A DNA stretch of 64,000 nucleotides from an uncultured delta proteobacterium (GTDB lineage: Bacteria > Desulfobacterota > Desulfobaccia > Desulfobaccales > 0-14-0-80-60-11). The notes beneath the pieces were generated by a model, which saw only the letters and a list, made by a program, of their open reading frames with translations, did no database searches and was not told where the DNA came from. This document shows, piece by piece, positions 9,993 to 19,749 of the stretch. How positions within the stretch are numbered: position 1 is the stretch's first letter; each line of letters starts with the position of its first letter. The stretch covers positions 1,536,001 to 1,600,000 of the forward strand of contig CAWETI010000003.1 in NCBI GenBank assembly GCA_963812015.1. Direction: 5' to 3'. Made by a program: the position numbers and the translations under genes.

Positions 9993-12368
9993 ATGACCAA
10001 TAATCACGAAACTGATAATATCCGGGTGGTGGCTGACTCAGACGTTCAGCCCGGCCCCCGGACGCTGCCCATATTACCGTCCACCGACCTGGTGCTGTTT
10101 CCCCGCATCATCATGCCCATGGCCCTCTGGGAGGAGCCGGCCCAGAAGCTGGTGAACGAGGTCTTGCTCCACGATAAGACCATGGGCTTTTTGACCGCCA
10201 GGGAGGAGAAGCCCACCGGGTTTGATCCGGATAATTTCTTCCAGGTCGGCACCGCCGCGCTCATTTTAAAGATGCGCAAGGCCGACGACGACTCCGTGCG
10301 TCTGCTCATTCAAGGTCTCTACCGGTTCCGGGTGGAAGAATGGGTAGGCCAGGAGCCTTACCTGGTGGCCCGGGTGACCCCCATCCCGGAAGAATACGAG
10401 CCCTCCCTCGAAGTGGAAGCCCTGGTCTCCAACGTCAAGGGCCTCTTTCTGCAGATGCTGGAGCTTTCTCCCTATCTACCCTCGGAGCTGGGGCCCCTGG
10501 TCCGGGAATTCGGCGATCCTCGGATCCTGGCCGACGTCACTGCCGGCAGCCTCAACATCTCCAAGGCCGAGAAACAGGGGTTGCTCGAGACCATCGACGT
10601 GACCGAGCGACTGCGCAAGGTCCTGACCTATGTCACCCGGGAGTTGGAGATCCTGGAACTGGGCAAGAAGATCCAGAGCCAGGTGAAGGGTGAGATGGAC
10701 AAGACCCAGAAGGAGTATTATCTCCGGGAACACATCAAGGCCTTGCAAAAGGAACTGGGGGAAGGGGACGACCCCACCCGGGAGGTTGATGAACTTCAGT
10801 TCCGGTTGGAGGAGGCGGAGTTGCCGCCCCACGCCATGAAGGAGGCGGAACGGGAACTAAAACGCCTCAAGCGCACCCCGCCCCATTCTCCGGACCACCA
10901 GGTCATCCGCAATTTCCTGGAGTGGCTCATCGACCTGCCCTGGAGCAAGTCCACCGAAGACAACCTGGATCTGCACCAGGCCCGGGAGATTTTGGACGAA
11001 GACCATTACAACCTGGAAAAGGTGAAGAAGCGCATCCTGGAATACCTGGCGGTGCGCAAACTCAAGCCCGATATGAAGGGGCCCATCCTCTGCTTCGTGG
11101 GGCCTCCGGGCACCGGCAAGACCTCCCTGGGCCGCTCCATCGCCCGGGCCCTGGGCCGCAAGTTCGTGCGCCTCTCTTTGGGCGGAGTGCGGGACGAAGC
11201 CGAAATCCGGGGCCACCGCCGCACCTACGTGGGGGCTATGCCCGGCCGCATCATCCAGTCCATGCGCCGGGCCGGCTCCAACAACCCGGTGTTCATCCTG
11301 GACGAAGTGGACAAGATCGGCGCCGACTTCCGGGGCGACCCCTCTTCGGCCCTCCTGGAGGTCCTGGACCCGGAACAGAACTCCACTTTTTCCGATCACT
11401 ACCTGGAGGTGGATTTCGACCTCTCCAAGGTCATGTTCATCACCACCGCCAACCTCCTGGACCCCATCCCGCCGGCCCTGCGGGACCGCATGGAGGTCCT
11501 GGAGCTCACCGGCTACACCGAAGAGGAGAAGCTGGAGATCGCCTTTAGCCACCTCCTGCCCCGGCAGTTGGAGGCCCACGGCCTCACCCGGGTGGAGATG
11601 GAACTCACCCCCGAGGCCGTCCGGCGGGTCGTCGCCTCTTATACCCGGGAGGCGGGCCTGCGCAACCTGGAGCGGGAGATCGCGGCGCTGTGCCGGGGCG
11701 TGGCCCGGGAAGTGGCGGAAGGCGGCCGCCAGCAGGTGAAGATCGATGCGGCCGACGTGGCCCAGTACCTGGGTCCGCCCCGGTTCTTTCGGGATGCGGC
11801 CCTGGACCATCCCGAGCCCGGGGTGGCCACGGGTCTCGCCTGGACCCCCACCGGCGGCGACATCCTCTTTATCGAGGCCCTGCGCATGCCGGGCAAGGGC
11901 AATCTCAAGCTCACCGGACAGTTGGGGGAGGTCATGAAGGAGTCGGCTAACGCCGCCCTAAGCTACATCCGGGCCCGGGCCCCCTTCCTGGGCGTCGAGG
12001 AGGACTTCTTCGAGAAGGCCGACCTCCATATCCATGTGCCGGCGGGCGCTATCCCCAAAGACGGCCCCTCCGCCGGGGTGGCCATGCTCACCGCCCTGGT
12101 TTCGCTCCTGTCCGGTCGGGCGGTGAAAAAAAACCTGGCCATGACCGGAGAGATCACCCTAAGGGGCCATGTTCTGCCCGTGGGCGGCATCAAGAACAAG
12201 GTCCTGGCGGCGCACCGGGCCGGCATCCAGGAGATCATCCTCCCGGCCCAGAACCAGGTGGACCTGGAGGAGATCCCCGAATCCGTACGGGGCGAGCTCA
12301 CCTTTCACCCGGTGGAGAGCCTGGACGAGGCCCTAAAGTTCGCCTTCCCGGCCCACGGCGAGCACTGA
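9993..12368 (+). CDS. lon: ATP-dependent Lon protease
   Basis: LON N-domain, GPPGTGKTS Walker A, DEVDK, catalytic PKDGPSAG and Lys region (GGIKNK). Confidence 0.97.
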   Translation: MTNNHETDNIRVVADSDVQPGPRTLPILPSTDLVLFPRIIMPMALWEEPAQKLVNEVLLHDKTMGFLTAREEKPTGFDPDNFFQVGTAALILKMRKADDDSVRLLIQGLYRFRVEEWVGQEPYLVARVTPIPEEYEPSLEVEALVSNVKGLFLQMLELSPYLPSELGPLVREFGDPRILADVTAGSLNISKAEKQGLLETIDVTERLRKVLTYVTRELEILELGKKIQSQVKGEMDKTQKEYYLREHIKALQKELGEGDDPTREVDELQFRLEEAELPPHAMKEAERELKRLKRTPPHSPDHQVIRNFLEWLIDLPWSKSTEDNLDLHQAREILDEDHYNLEKVKKRILEYLAVRKLKPDMKGPILCFVGPPGTGKTSLGRSIARALGRKFVRLSLGGVRDEAEIRGHRRTYVGAMPGRIIQSMRRAGSNNPVFILDEVDKIGADFRGDPSSALLEVLDPEQNSTFSDHYLEVDFDLSKVMFITTANLLDPIPPALRDRMEVLELTGYTEEEKLEIAFSHLLPRQLEAHGLTRVEMELTPEAVRRVVASYTREAGLRNLEREIAALCRGVAREVAEGGRQQVKIDAADVAQYLGPPRFFRDAALDHPEPGVATGLAWTPTGGDILFIEALRMPGKGNLKLTGQLGEVMKESANAALSYIRARAPFLGVEEDFFEKADLHIHVPAGAIPKDGPSAGVAMLTALVSLLSGRAVKKNLAMTGEITLRGHVLPVGGIKNKVLAAHRAGIQEIILPAQNQVDLEEIPESVRGELTFHPVESLDEALKFAFPAHGEH

Positions 12369-12405
12369 ATCGTTAGGATGCATGCATAAGACTTCCCCTC
12401 ATTTT

Positions 12406-12443
12406 CCCTCCCCCTTGATGGGGGAGGGTTAGAGTGGGGGTGA
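12406..12443. repeat. Short palindromic repeat family B, copy 1 (CCCTCCCCCTTGA-GGGGAGGG...GGGGTGA)
   Basis: Near-identical copies at 13005-13041 and 14741-14778. Confidence 0.7.
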
Positions 12444-12497
12444 AAAATTAGCCGGACACCGGCAACCCCAACGTCCGGCTGGTACCCAAGTTATGAG

Positions 12498-12624
12498 AAG
12501 CTCTTTCAAAACCTGGATCGATAGAGAATTGTCATTCTGAGCGGAGTGAAGAATCTCATGTTTTTAATAAGTTGAGATCCTTCGCGCCGTTCAGGATGAC
12601 AAAAAGCAGGTTTTGAAATGGCTT
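12498..12624. mobile_element. MITE-like element: outer inverted repeats around a GTCATTCTGAGCG...GGATGAC palindrome
   Basis: AAGCTCTTTCAAAACCTG / CAGGTTTTGAAATGGCTT arms; the inner palindrome (12530-12601) recurs at 38557-38627. Confidence 0.6.
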
Positions 12625-12827
12625 ATAGGGTGGCATCTCTGCTCACCACGGCGCCTCACGTTTTCAAGGTCGGGGCGCGACGGGCTGCGCCCTCAAACAT
12701 ATCTTGCCGAAACGAGCTTGTATTCATTATTATATGGCCACCAAGATGGCGGCGTTGCCGGGGAGATCGATATCCCCAACCCCAGGGCCGCGCCCCACGG
12801 CGATTTAATCTGATCTGGAGGTGACCC

Positions 12828-12965
12828 ATGGCCGTTTTTACCTGCGACAAATGTGGCGAAAAGGTGGACACCCGCTGCAAACCCAAGAAATGCCCGGCCT
12901 GCAGCGAAGCCAGCACCATGTGCAAGATAGAGGCGCCGCCGGCGCCCAAGAAGGGCAAGAAGTAA
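12828..12965 (+). CDS. RCKP-type rubredoxin-like small metal-binding protein (45 aa)
   Basis: Manual translation MAVFTCDKCGEKVDTRCKPKKCPACSEASTMCKIEAPPAPKKGKK; two CxxC knuckles plus RCKP; GGAGGTG RBS. Not in the ORF track. Confidence 0.85.
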   Translation: MAVFTCDKCGEKVDTRCKPKKCPACSEASTMCKIEAPPAPKKGKK

Positions 12966-13004
12966 CCCCCGGAAAGGATAATCGTCGCAAAGGATTCCTT
13001 ATTT

Positions 13005-13041
13005 CCCTCTCCCTTGAGGGAGAGGGGCAGAGTGAGGGTGA
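13005..13041. repeat. Short palindromic repeat family B, copy 2
   Basis: CCCTCTCCCTTGAGGGAGAGGGGCAGAGTGAGGGTGA; compensatory changes relative to copy 1. Confidence 0.7.
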
Positions 13042-13136
13042 AATCGGTGTTACTAACTGCCTTTGCGGCCGGCACGTGCGTCCCGCAGGCGCTTGCCGGA
13101 GCAGGGCTTTTATTATCGGGGCGATGCCCTTAATGA

Positions 13137-13164
13137 CCGAAAACCGAAAACCGAAAACCGAAAA
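13137..13164 (+). repeat. Heptamer tandem repeat (CCGAAAA)x4
   Basis: Four exact copies ending 10 nt upstream of the acpS start. Confidence 0.85.
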
Positions 13165-13173
13165 CAGGCTTTT

Positions 13174-13554
13174 ATGATTTACGGCATCGGCGTGGACCTG
13201 GTGAAGGTGGCCCGGATCGAAGGGGTGTTAGCGCGCTATGGCGACCGGTTTCTCTCCCGGGTCTTCACGGATCGCGAGACCGCCTTCTGCCGGGTCAAAC
13301 CCTGGGCCGCGGCGGGCTTCGCCATGCGCTTCGCGGCCAAGGAGGCCTTCTCCAAGGCCCTCGGGGTGGGCTTGCGCAAAGGCGGCATCCGCTGGCGGGA
13401 GGTGGAGGTGATCCCCAACCCCATGGGCAAGCCCGAAATTTTCCTCAGCGGCCGGGCCGCGGCCCTCTGCGAAGCCGCCGGCATCGAAAATATACACCTC
13501 TCCCTCACCGACGAAGACGGCCGGGCCCTGGCCGTGGTTATCTTGGAGCGGTGA
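13174..13554 (+). CDS. acpS: Holo-[acyl-carrier-protein] synthase
   Basis: MIYGIGVDLV, RFAAKEAFSKALG, GKP, HLSLT motifs. Confidence 0.95.
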   Translation: MIYGIGVDLVKVARIEGVLARYGDRFLSRVFTDRETAFCRVKPWAAAGFAMRFAAKEAFSKALGVGLRKGGIRWREVEVIPNPMGKPEIFLSGRAAALCEAAGIENIHLSLTDEDGRALAVVILER

Positions 13555-13644
13555 GAATGGTCATCGAGGCGGCTCGGTTCCTCCTGCCCCCTGCGCAACC
13601 GCCTGGGCCGCCGGCGATGAGTCGATCAGGCAAGGCATTTTTTA

Positions 13645-13727
13645 CCCCCCTTTGCAAAAGGGGGGCAGGGGGGATTTTATATAAGCGCCTGAAAATCCCC
13701 TAAATCCCCCTTTATAAAAGGCGGACT
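13645..13727. repeat. Inverted doublet of CCCCCCTTT-AAAGGGGGG hairpin repeats
   Basis: CCCCCCTTTGCAAAAGGGGGGCAGGGGGGATTTT followed by an inverted degenerate copy. Confidence 0.6.
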
Positions 13728-13756
13728 TGGGAGGGCCGAAGTCTTAAGTGCAAGAG

Positions 13757-14086
13757 ATGACCCACAACCCCGAAACCAAACTTATCGTCTACGGCAGCCT
13801 GGCCCCGGGCGGGTCTAACGCCTTTATCCTGGGGGGCCTCGTCGGGGAGTGGTATCCCTGCCTCATCCGGGGCCACCTGGGCGCCTACCGGGGCTTTAAA
13901 TCTTTCCGCTACGACCCCAACGGGCCGGAACACACGGCCTGGCTCCTGTCGTCCGCCGACCTGCCCCGGGTTATCTCGGAGCTGGACGACTTCGAGGGGG
14001 AGGAATACGAGCGCAGCATCATCCCCGCCAGGGTGGGCGACCGCTGGGTCATGGCCCAGGTCTATGAGGGAAGGTATTGCGAATGA
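13757..14086 (+). CDS. Gamma-glutamylcyclotransferase (AIG2-like) family protein
   Basis: LIVYGSLAPG N-terminal motif and LDDFEGEEYER. Confidence 0.8.
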   Translation: MTHNPETKLIVYGSLAPGGSNAFILGGLVGEWYPCLIRGHLGAYRGFKSFRYDPNGPEHTAWLLSSADLPRVISELDDFEGEEYERSIIPARVGDRWVMAQVYEGRYCE

Positions 14087-14129
14087 GGGTCGAGACAGTC
14101 AGGTGAAATTTCCATCAGAGGAGGCAGTT

Positions 14130-14636
14130 ATGAACATGCAGGCATTCAAGGTATGGCTCGCTCTGGCGCTGGTGTTCGGCTTGGTGGCCACCGCCATGGC
14201 CCAGCCCCCCCAGCCGCCCCCGACTGGGTCCGGGGGCTCGGGCCAGGCCCTGCTCAACCTGGACAACACCGTGGCCCTGCACGGATACGACCCGGTGGCT
14301 TATTTCACCGACAACCAGGCGGTTAAAGGCAACAAGCGTATTCTGGAACGGCTCGGGAGCGCCACGTACTATTTTGCCTCCCGGGGCAACCGCTATGAGT
14401 TTCTGGGGGATGCCCCCCGCTATCAGCCGCAATTCGGCGGGTACTGCGCCGCCTCTATGGCCATGGGCCGGCTGGAGGACATCAATCCCCACCTGTTTAT
14501 CATCTTTGAAGGGAAGCTCTACCTGTTCAACAACCCTGATGCCGAGGCCATGTTTATGCGAGACCCCCGCCGGATGGCCCATGAGGCCAGGGAGCAGTAC
14601 TTTAAAATCGCCGCCCATCAGCGTTCCTTCTATTAA
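14130..14636 (+). CDS. Exported YHS-domain protein (Cys-form member of the YHS (seleno)protein family)
   Basis: Signal peptide, ALHGYDPVAYF, YQPQFGGYCA, GKLYLF; GAGGAGG RBS. Confidence 0.85.
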   Translation: MNMQAFKVWLALALVFGLVATAMAQPPQPPPTGSGGSGQALLNLDNTVALHGYDPVAYFTDNQAVKGNKRILERLGSATYYFASRGNRYEFLGDAPRYQPQFGGYCAASMAMGRLEDINPHLFIIFEGKLYLFNNPDAEAMFMRDPRRMAHEAREQYFKIAAHQRSFY

Positions 14637-14740
14637 CCGCCAGGACGGCCGTGGGCGGCTCCGGGCCATGAAACGCCGGCCGGGGCCTTGGTTTAAGGAA
14701 GATATTCATCAGGATCCTGAAGAACTTCCTTCCTCTTGCC

Positions 14741-14778
14741 CCCTCCCCCTTGAGGGGGGAGGGCTGGGGTGGGGGTGA
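14741..14778. repeat. Short palindromic repeat family B, copy 3
   Basis: CCCTCCCCCTTGAGGGGGGAGGGCTGGGGTGGGGGTGA. Confidence 0.7.
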
Positions 14779-14846
14779 GTATAAGCTATTCTCCGCTCAG
14801 CTTACGGTTTCGCCGGCTTTCTTGCCTGACGGCCTTTCTCCCGGCC

Positions 14847-15959
14847 ATGGGTAAACTCGCCCTGGGGCTCATCCTGGCGGTGCTTCTGGCCGGCGGGGCC
14901 AGGGCCGACGAGGCCTTTGAGATGCCCCGGCCGGGCCGGGTCTGGGCGTTTCCCCAGGACCACGCAGCCCACCCGGAGTACAAGACCGAGTGGTGGTATT
15001 ACGTGGGGCACCTCAAGACTGCTGCCGGGGAGTCCTTCGGCTACCAGCTCACCTTCTTCCGGGTGGCTTTACGAAAAATACGAAAAATACGAAAACCCGA
15101 CCCCCGGCCCCGGTCGGCCTGGTCCCTGAACACCGTCTATTTTGCCCACCTGGCCCTCACCGATCCGGCCCGGCGCACCTTCGTCTTTAGAGACCGGGCC
15201 GGCCGGGGGGCCCTGGGTCTCTCCGGGGCGGCCCCGGGGACCATGCAGGTCTGGATCGATGACTGGCAGGCGGCCCTGGTGGGCGACGAGTTTCATCTGA
15301 AGGCGCAAGATGAGGGCGTCGGGCTGGACTTGCAGCTCAAACCCGCCAAACCCCCGGCCCTGCATGGCGAAGGCGGCTACAGTCGAAAGTCCGAGAAATT
15401 CGGCTCTGCCAGCTATTACTATTCCCTGAGCCGCCTTAACACCCGGGGGACCATCACCGTGGCCGGCCGGACCCTGCCCGTCACCGGCCTGAGCTGGATG
15501 GACCACGAGTTCTTCACCAGCGCCATGGCCCCGGGCCTGGCGGGCTGGGACTGGTTCAGCCTCCAACTGGCCGACGGCTGGGAGGTGATGCTTTACCTCT
15601 TGCGGCATAAGGACGGCGCGGTGGACCCGGCCTCCTCCGGCACCCTCATCGATCCCCAGGGCAATACCCGCCACCTGAAACTCAGCGACTTTACGGTCAA
15701 GCCCACCGGCGCCTGGACCTCACCCCACACCCAGGCAAGATACCCGGCGGGTTGGGAGATCACCATTCCCGGGGCCGGCTACCGCCTCACCCTGACCCCG
15801 ACGCTGCCCGACCAGGAAATTCGCGCCCAGGCCCCGGCTAAAGTGACCTATTGGGAAGGAGAGGTCAAGATTGAGGGGGCGAAACACGGCGTTCCGGTTC
15901 AGGGCCTGGGCTACACCGAACTTACCGGCTACTCTGGGGGGCTGGGCGCCAGGTTTTAA
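14847..15959 (+). CDS. Secreted lipocalin-like / AttH (CrtC-like) protein
   Basis: Signal peptide, FPQDHAAHPEYKTEWWY, SYYYS, WMDHEF, GWDWFS, YWEG, ELTGY. Confidence 0.85.
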   Translation: MGKLALGLILAVLLAGGARADEAFEMPRPGRVWAFPQDHAAHPEYKTEWWYYVGHLKTAAGESFGYQLTFFRVALRKIRKIRKPDPRPRSAWSLNTVYFAHLALTDPARRTFVFRDRAGRGALGLSGAAPGTMQVWIDDWQAALVGDEFHLKAQDEGVGLDLQLKPAKPPALHGEGGYSRKSEKFGSASYYYSLSRLNTRGTITVAGRTLPVTGLSWMDHEFFTSAMAPGLAGWDWFSLQLADGWEVMLYLLRHKDGAVDPASSGTLIDPQGNTRHLKLSDFTVKPTGAWTSPHTQARYPAGWEITIPGAGYRLTLTPTLPDQEIRAQAPAKVTYWEGEVKIEGAKHGVPVQGLGYTELTGYSGGLGARF

Positions 15960-16114
15960 GGGGGCGAAAAGGGGAAGGGGAGGATGGCGGACACGGAGGC
16001 CCGCACTACCGGAAATTTCCTGCCTTGCGGGTGATCCCCAGGCCCATGAAAAGCAAAAGAGGAGCGCAGGCCAAGGCCCGACTCCTCTTTTAACTTCTTC
16101 TATATAATCGCGCT

Positions 16115-17482
16115 TTAGCGCGTTAGCCAGCGGTCGTTGCGGACGGTGATGAAGGCGTATGGCTGCACCCAGTTGAGGGCGAAGAAGGCGAAGTAGGAGT
16201 AAATGATCCCGTAGACGAAATCCATGTCCCGTTCCTGGTGGATATAGTAGTACATCCACACCAGGGTGAAGATCCCCAACCCGGCGAAAAACTTCATGAT
16301 GACGATGGGATAGAGATAGAAGGAGATGAGCAGCATGCCCAGGAAGAGGTAGGTCAAGGGAAACTCGATCTGGGTCATGAAAAAGTCGATAATGGGCAGC
16401 AGCCGGTGTTTGGCCCGGTATTTGCTGAAGATGAACTTAAGCTGGACCCAGTTTTCCCGGAAATTGCTGCGGTCCCAGCGGAGGTACATGCGGCACAGGC
16501 CCCGGTAGGATTCGGGCACCAGGGTGTGGACGACGGCGCTGCGCTGGTAGGAGGTATAGTAGCCCTGGCGCAGGACGAAGTTGGTCAGGGCCCGGTCTTC
16601 GCCGATGTTGGCCGGCAGGCCCATGAAGGTCTGGGTGCGCCACTCCTTCAAGACGGGTTTAAGGGCCTTGGCCCGGTAGGCCGACAGGGCCCCGGGGGTG
16701 CAGGTGACGCAGCCGTACTTGCTTTGTGAGGCCCTGAGAAAATCGAAGGCCAGGACGAAGCGCACGGCCAGCATCCGGGCCATGACACAGCGCCCGCGGT
16801 TGTAGACCTTGACGTTGCCCGCCACTGCGCCGATCTGAGCATCATTGAGCATGGGGGCGATGACCTGCTTCACGGTATCGGGGGAAATCACGCTGTCGGA
16901 GTCGATGGTGACGAAGTACTCCCCTTTGCCCCGGATGAAGCCGGCGTACAGGCCTTCCTTCTTGCCCCGGTTTTTGGGGAAGCGGATGGCCTTGATCAGC
17001 TTGGGGTAGCGTTGCCGGGCCCGGTCAATGTAAGACCAGGTATCGTCCTTGGAACCGTCGTCGATGCAGATAATCTCCAGCCGGTCGGCGGGGTAGTCCG
17101 AGGCGACCGCGGCGTAAATGGCCTTCTCCACCATGGCCCCTTCGTTATAAGCCGGGATGATGACGGTGACCCGGGGCAGGGGGCCCGGCGGCAGGGGATA
17201 AGGTTTATACCGTAACCAGAGCACGGTGCGCACCAGCTGAAAGGCCAGGTAGGCCAGGGTGAAGCCGGCGCCCAGGGCCATCAGGGGAGACCCGAAGCTC
17301 TGGCGGCTCAGCAGTTGCAAATAGCCGTTAAAGGAGCCCACTTTCAGGGAAATAATCAAAGAGAGCGACAGGATTAACGGTACCAGGATCTTAAGGGTCA
17401 GGTCCAAAATCTGTATCCGCTGTTCCTCTTTGGAGCGCCATTTCACCTGGGTCCAGGGAAAAGCAGAGGTCGTGGTTCGCAT
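16115..17482 (-). CDS. Processive GT2 glycosyltransferase, hyaluronan synthase/NodC-like
   Basis: IPAYNE, DDGS, DSDS, CTPGALSAYR, GEDRALT, MYLRW (QxxRW position); N- and C-terminal TM segments. Confidence 0.85.
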   Translation of the reverse strand: MRTTTSAFPWTQVKWRSKEEQRIQILDLTLKILVPLILSLSLIISLKVGSFNGYLQLLSRQSFGSPLMALGAGFTLAYLAFQLVRTVLWLRYKPYPLPPGPLPRVTVIIPAYNEGAMVEKAIYAAVASDYPADRLEIICIDDGSKDDTWSYIDRARQRYPKLIKAIRFPKNRGKKEGLYAGFIRGKGEYFVTIDSDSVISPDTVKQVIAPMLNDAQIGAVAGNVKVYNRGRCVMARMLAVRFVLAFDFLRASQSKYGCVTCTPGALSAYRAKALKPVLKEWRTQTFMGLPANIGEDRALTNFVLRQGYYTSYQRSAVVHTLVPESYRGLCRMYLRWDRSNFRENWVQLKFIFSKYRAKHRLLPIIDFFMTQIEFPLTYLFLGMLLISFYLYPIVIMKFFAGLGIFTLVWMYYYIHQERDMDFVYGIIYSYFAFFALNWVQPYAFITVRNDRWLTR

Positions 17483-17532
17483 ATAGGTCGGTTCCTCGCA
17501 TTCAGGTCAAAATCAAACTAACGCTTAGCTTA

Positions 17533-17548
17533 TGCAATTGGCTTGCCA
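17533..17548 (-). promoter_or_regulatory. Sigma-54 (-24/-12) promoter for the GT2 gene
   Basis: Minus strand TGGCAAGCCAATTGCA with exact GG-N10-GC spacing, about 50 nt upstream of the start codon. Confidence 0.75.
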
Positions 17549-17913
17549 AGCCATTCAAAAATCCTGAAATAAATCTAGCTGAATTACTTGGTAAATTTAC
17601 TTGGGCCACAGGTTATCCCCGGGGGTGATCCAGGAAAATTCTCTCCTTGAGAGAACGGACCGGAACGTTGATAAAAAATTCTCAAATTGAGAAAGTTACT
17701 GTATCCGCTGGGTGGTTTGGACGCCTCATCCCGGGGGCAGAAGACCGGAGGAGTACCCCCGACGAAAAAATATGCGAAATATTTTGCTTCCGGAGAGATG
17801 AGGCGGAGTTCACATTTTCGGCATCTTGTGGTAAGTAAGACAGGTAAGATTATTTTTCGAGCGTTGGCAAGTTGGCCCGTTAACCAGAGTTCTCAACCCA
17901 TAGGAAAGACGGC

Positions 17914-19353
17914 ATGGAGGCAACGGAGAAACCCGCAGGGGTAGAGATGAAGGCAGGGCTAAAACTCTGTCAATTGGGGCAGGAGGTGAGTGTGCCCGCC
18001 GGCACGCGCATCGTCGATCAGGGTGGGGCCCCGGAATTTTTCTATGTCATTCAATCCGGCCGGGTCCGCGTCTTCCGGGAGTCCGAAGACCTGATTCGCA
18101 CCAATTTAACCGAGTTGGGCGCCGGGGCCTATTTTGGGGAGGTGGCCCTGGTCACGGGGCAACCCCGCAGCGCCTCGGTGGAGGCCGCGGAAGACTCAAT
18201 CCTCATCAAGGTTTCCAAGGAGGAATTCGACCGCCTGTTGGATCAGAATCCCCAGCTGGCCCGTCACATCATCCAGCAGTTGGCCGGTTGGTTGGTGGCC
18301 GGGGACCGCCGCCTGGAAACCGAAGTGGTGCACCAGGTCAAGCTGCGTCAGGTCTCCTGGTTTGATTATGTGCTGATGCTGGGCTTGAGCCTCGTTCTCT
18401 CCCTGGTCGTCAATATTTACAACGACAACCGGATTCCCCTGATTCACGGTTGGGGCGAAAAAAACGACATTCCCGAAATTACTCTCAGCCAGGCCCAGGA
18501 TTTGTACAAGAAGAACGCAGCCATTTTCATTGATGCCAGAAAAAGCGCCTTTTATAACCAGGAACACATCCAGGGCGCCCAGAACCTGCCGGAGATCTTG
18601 TTCGATATTATGTTCCCCATGTTCCAGTTCTCGGTGACCCAGATGGAGGGCGCCAAGGACAAAACCTTGATCGTTTACGGCGGCACCTTCAGCCGGCGTA
18701 TGGATCTCGATCTGGCCCGCATGCTCATCCATAAAGGTATGGGGCATGTGGAGGTACTCAAAGATTACACCGGATGGGGAAAGGCTTTTCCCTTAAAAGG
18801 ACAAGAGCCCAAGGAAGCCGCCAGCCTACCATTGGGTCTGCCGGGCTATCTTGAATGGATTCCGGTGATCATCTTTGGGCTGATCTTAATTCCGCCCCTC
18901 TGGCGCAGCCCTTATCTATCGGTGTTTTGCCGGCTGTTGTTGGGCGCCATCTTCGTTTCCTTCGCCTTGAGCAAAATCATGCGGCCGGCGGTCTTCGCTT
19001 TGAACGTGGTGGATTACGGCATGATGCCCGCCTTCGGAGTGAACCTGTGGTCCCTGGCCCTGCCCTGGGCCGAACTGGTCGTCGGGTTGTTCCTGATCCT
19101 GGGTATTCGCACCCGGGCCGCGGCTACGCTGATCGCCGCCATGAACGTCATCTTTATTGTGGGGCTGGTCAATGCCATTCTGCACCATATGCCCATTAAC
19201 TGCGGGTGTGTGGGCGAAGTGGGTGAACCGGTGAACTGGTTGAAAGTTATGAAGAATACCGCGATGCTGGTCATGTGCATCCAAATCTTCCTCTACGATC
19301 GGTTTTTGGTGTTGGATCGGGGAGGATTTATTTTGCGGGATAGAAAGATATGA
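17914..19353 (+). CDS. Fusion protein: cyclic-nucleotide-binding domain + TM + rhodanese-like domain + MauE/DoxX membrane domain
   Basis: YFGEVAL...PRSASV (cNMP cassette); FIDARK..FYNQEHIQGAQNLP (rhodanese); RLLLGAIF..ALSKI, LPWAELVVG, INCGCVG (MauE/DoxX). Confidence 0.85.
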   Translation: MEATEKPAGVEMKAGLKLCQLGQEVSVPAGTRIVDQGGAPEFFYVIQSGRVRVFRESEDLIRTNLTELGAGAYFGEVALVTGQPRSASVEAAEDSILIKVSKEEFDRLLDQNPQLARHIIQQLAGWLVAGDRRLETEVVHQVKLRQVSWFDYVLMLGLSLVLSLVVNIYNDNRIPLIHGWGEKNDIPEITLSQAQDLYKKNAAIFIDARKSAFYNQEHIQGAQNLPEILFDIMFPMFQFSVTQMEGAKDKTLIVYGGTFSRRMDLDLARMLIHKGMGHVEVLKDYTGWGKAFPLKGQEPKEAASLPLGLPGYLEWIPVIIFGLILIPPLWRSPYLSVFCRLLLGAIFVSFALSKIMRPAVFALNVVDYGMMPAFGVNLWSLALPWAELVVGLFLILGIRTRAAATLIAAMNVIFIVGLVNAILHHMPINCGCVGEVGEPVNWLKVMKNTAMLVMCIQIFLYDRFLVLDRGGFILRDRKI

Positions 19354-19727
19354 AGAAAAACCTTATAAAATTGGCCGTGGTCCTGGGTTTGATCATGTTC
19401 GGCCTGGTTTTGGGAGGCTGTGGGGAGTCTCGATCCCAATTTGCCGGGTCGTATAGATCCGTGGAGCCCTTCGCGGGAAAAAATTTCGTTGATCTTACCC
19501 TCCAAGACAGTGGCAAGGGGAGCTGGGCGCTGGCGGGTAAAACCGTTGAGTTCACCTGGGTGGTGAATGATGGCAAGATTTGGATTTATACCAAACAGGG
19601 CGCCATCCTCATTGTCACCCCCAGTGAGGGTGGAAAAATATTGTCGGCGGATATAAGCGGCGATTGGCACCCCGGTTGTCCCGCCGGTTCTTGCGTGGTC
19701 TTTAAGCGGGTCGCGGAAGGAGGGTAA
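19350..19727 (+). CDS. Small lipoprotein of unknown function
   Basis: Lipobox LGGC after a hydrophobic signal; C-terminal WHPGCPAGSC; ATGA overlap with the upstream gene. Confidence 0.75.
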   Translation: MKKNLIKLAVVLGLIMFGLVLGGCGESRSQFAGSYRSVEPFAGKNFVDLTLQDSGKGSWALAGKTVEFTWVVNDGKIWIYTKQGAILIVTPSEGGKILSADISGDWHPGCPAGSCVVFKRVAEGG

Positions 19728-19749
19728 CAGCATTATTTGTCTGAAGATT

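Noticed and set aside
14130..14636. YHS-family protein as a second selenoprotein
   Set aside because: The equivalent position is a Cys codon (GGYCA); there is no in-frame TGA.
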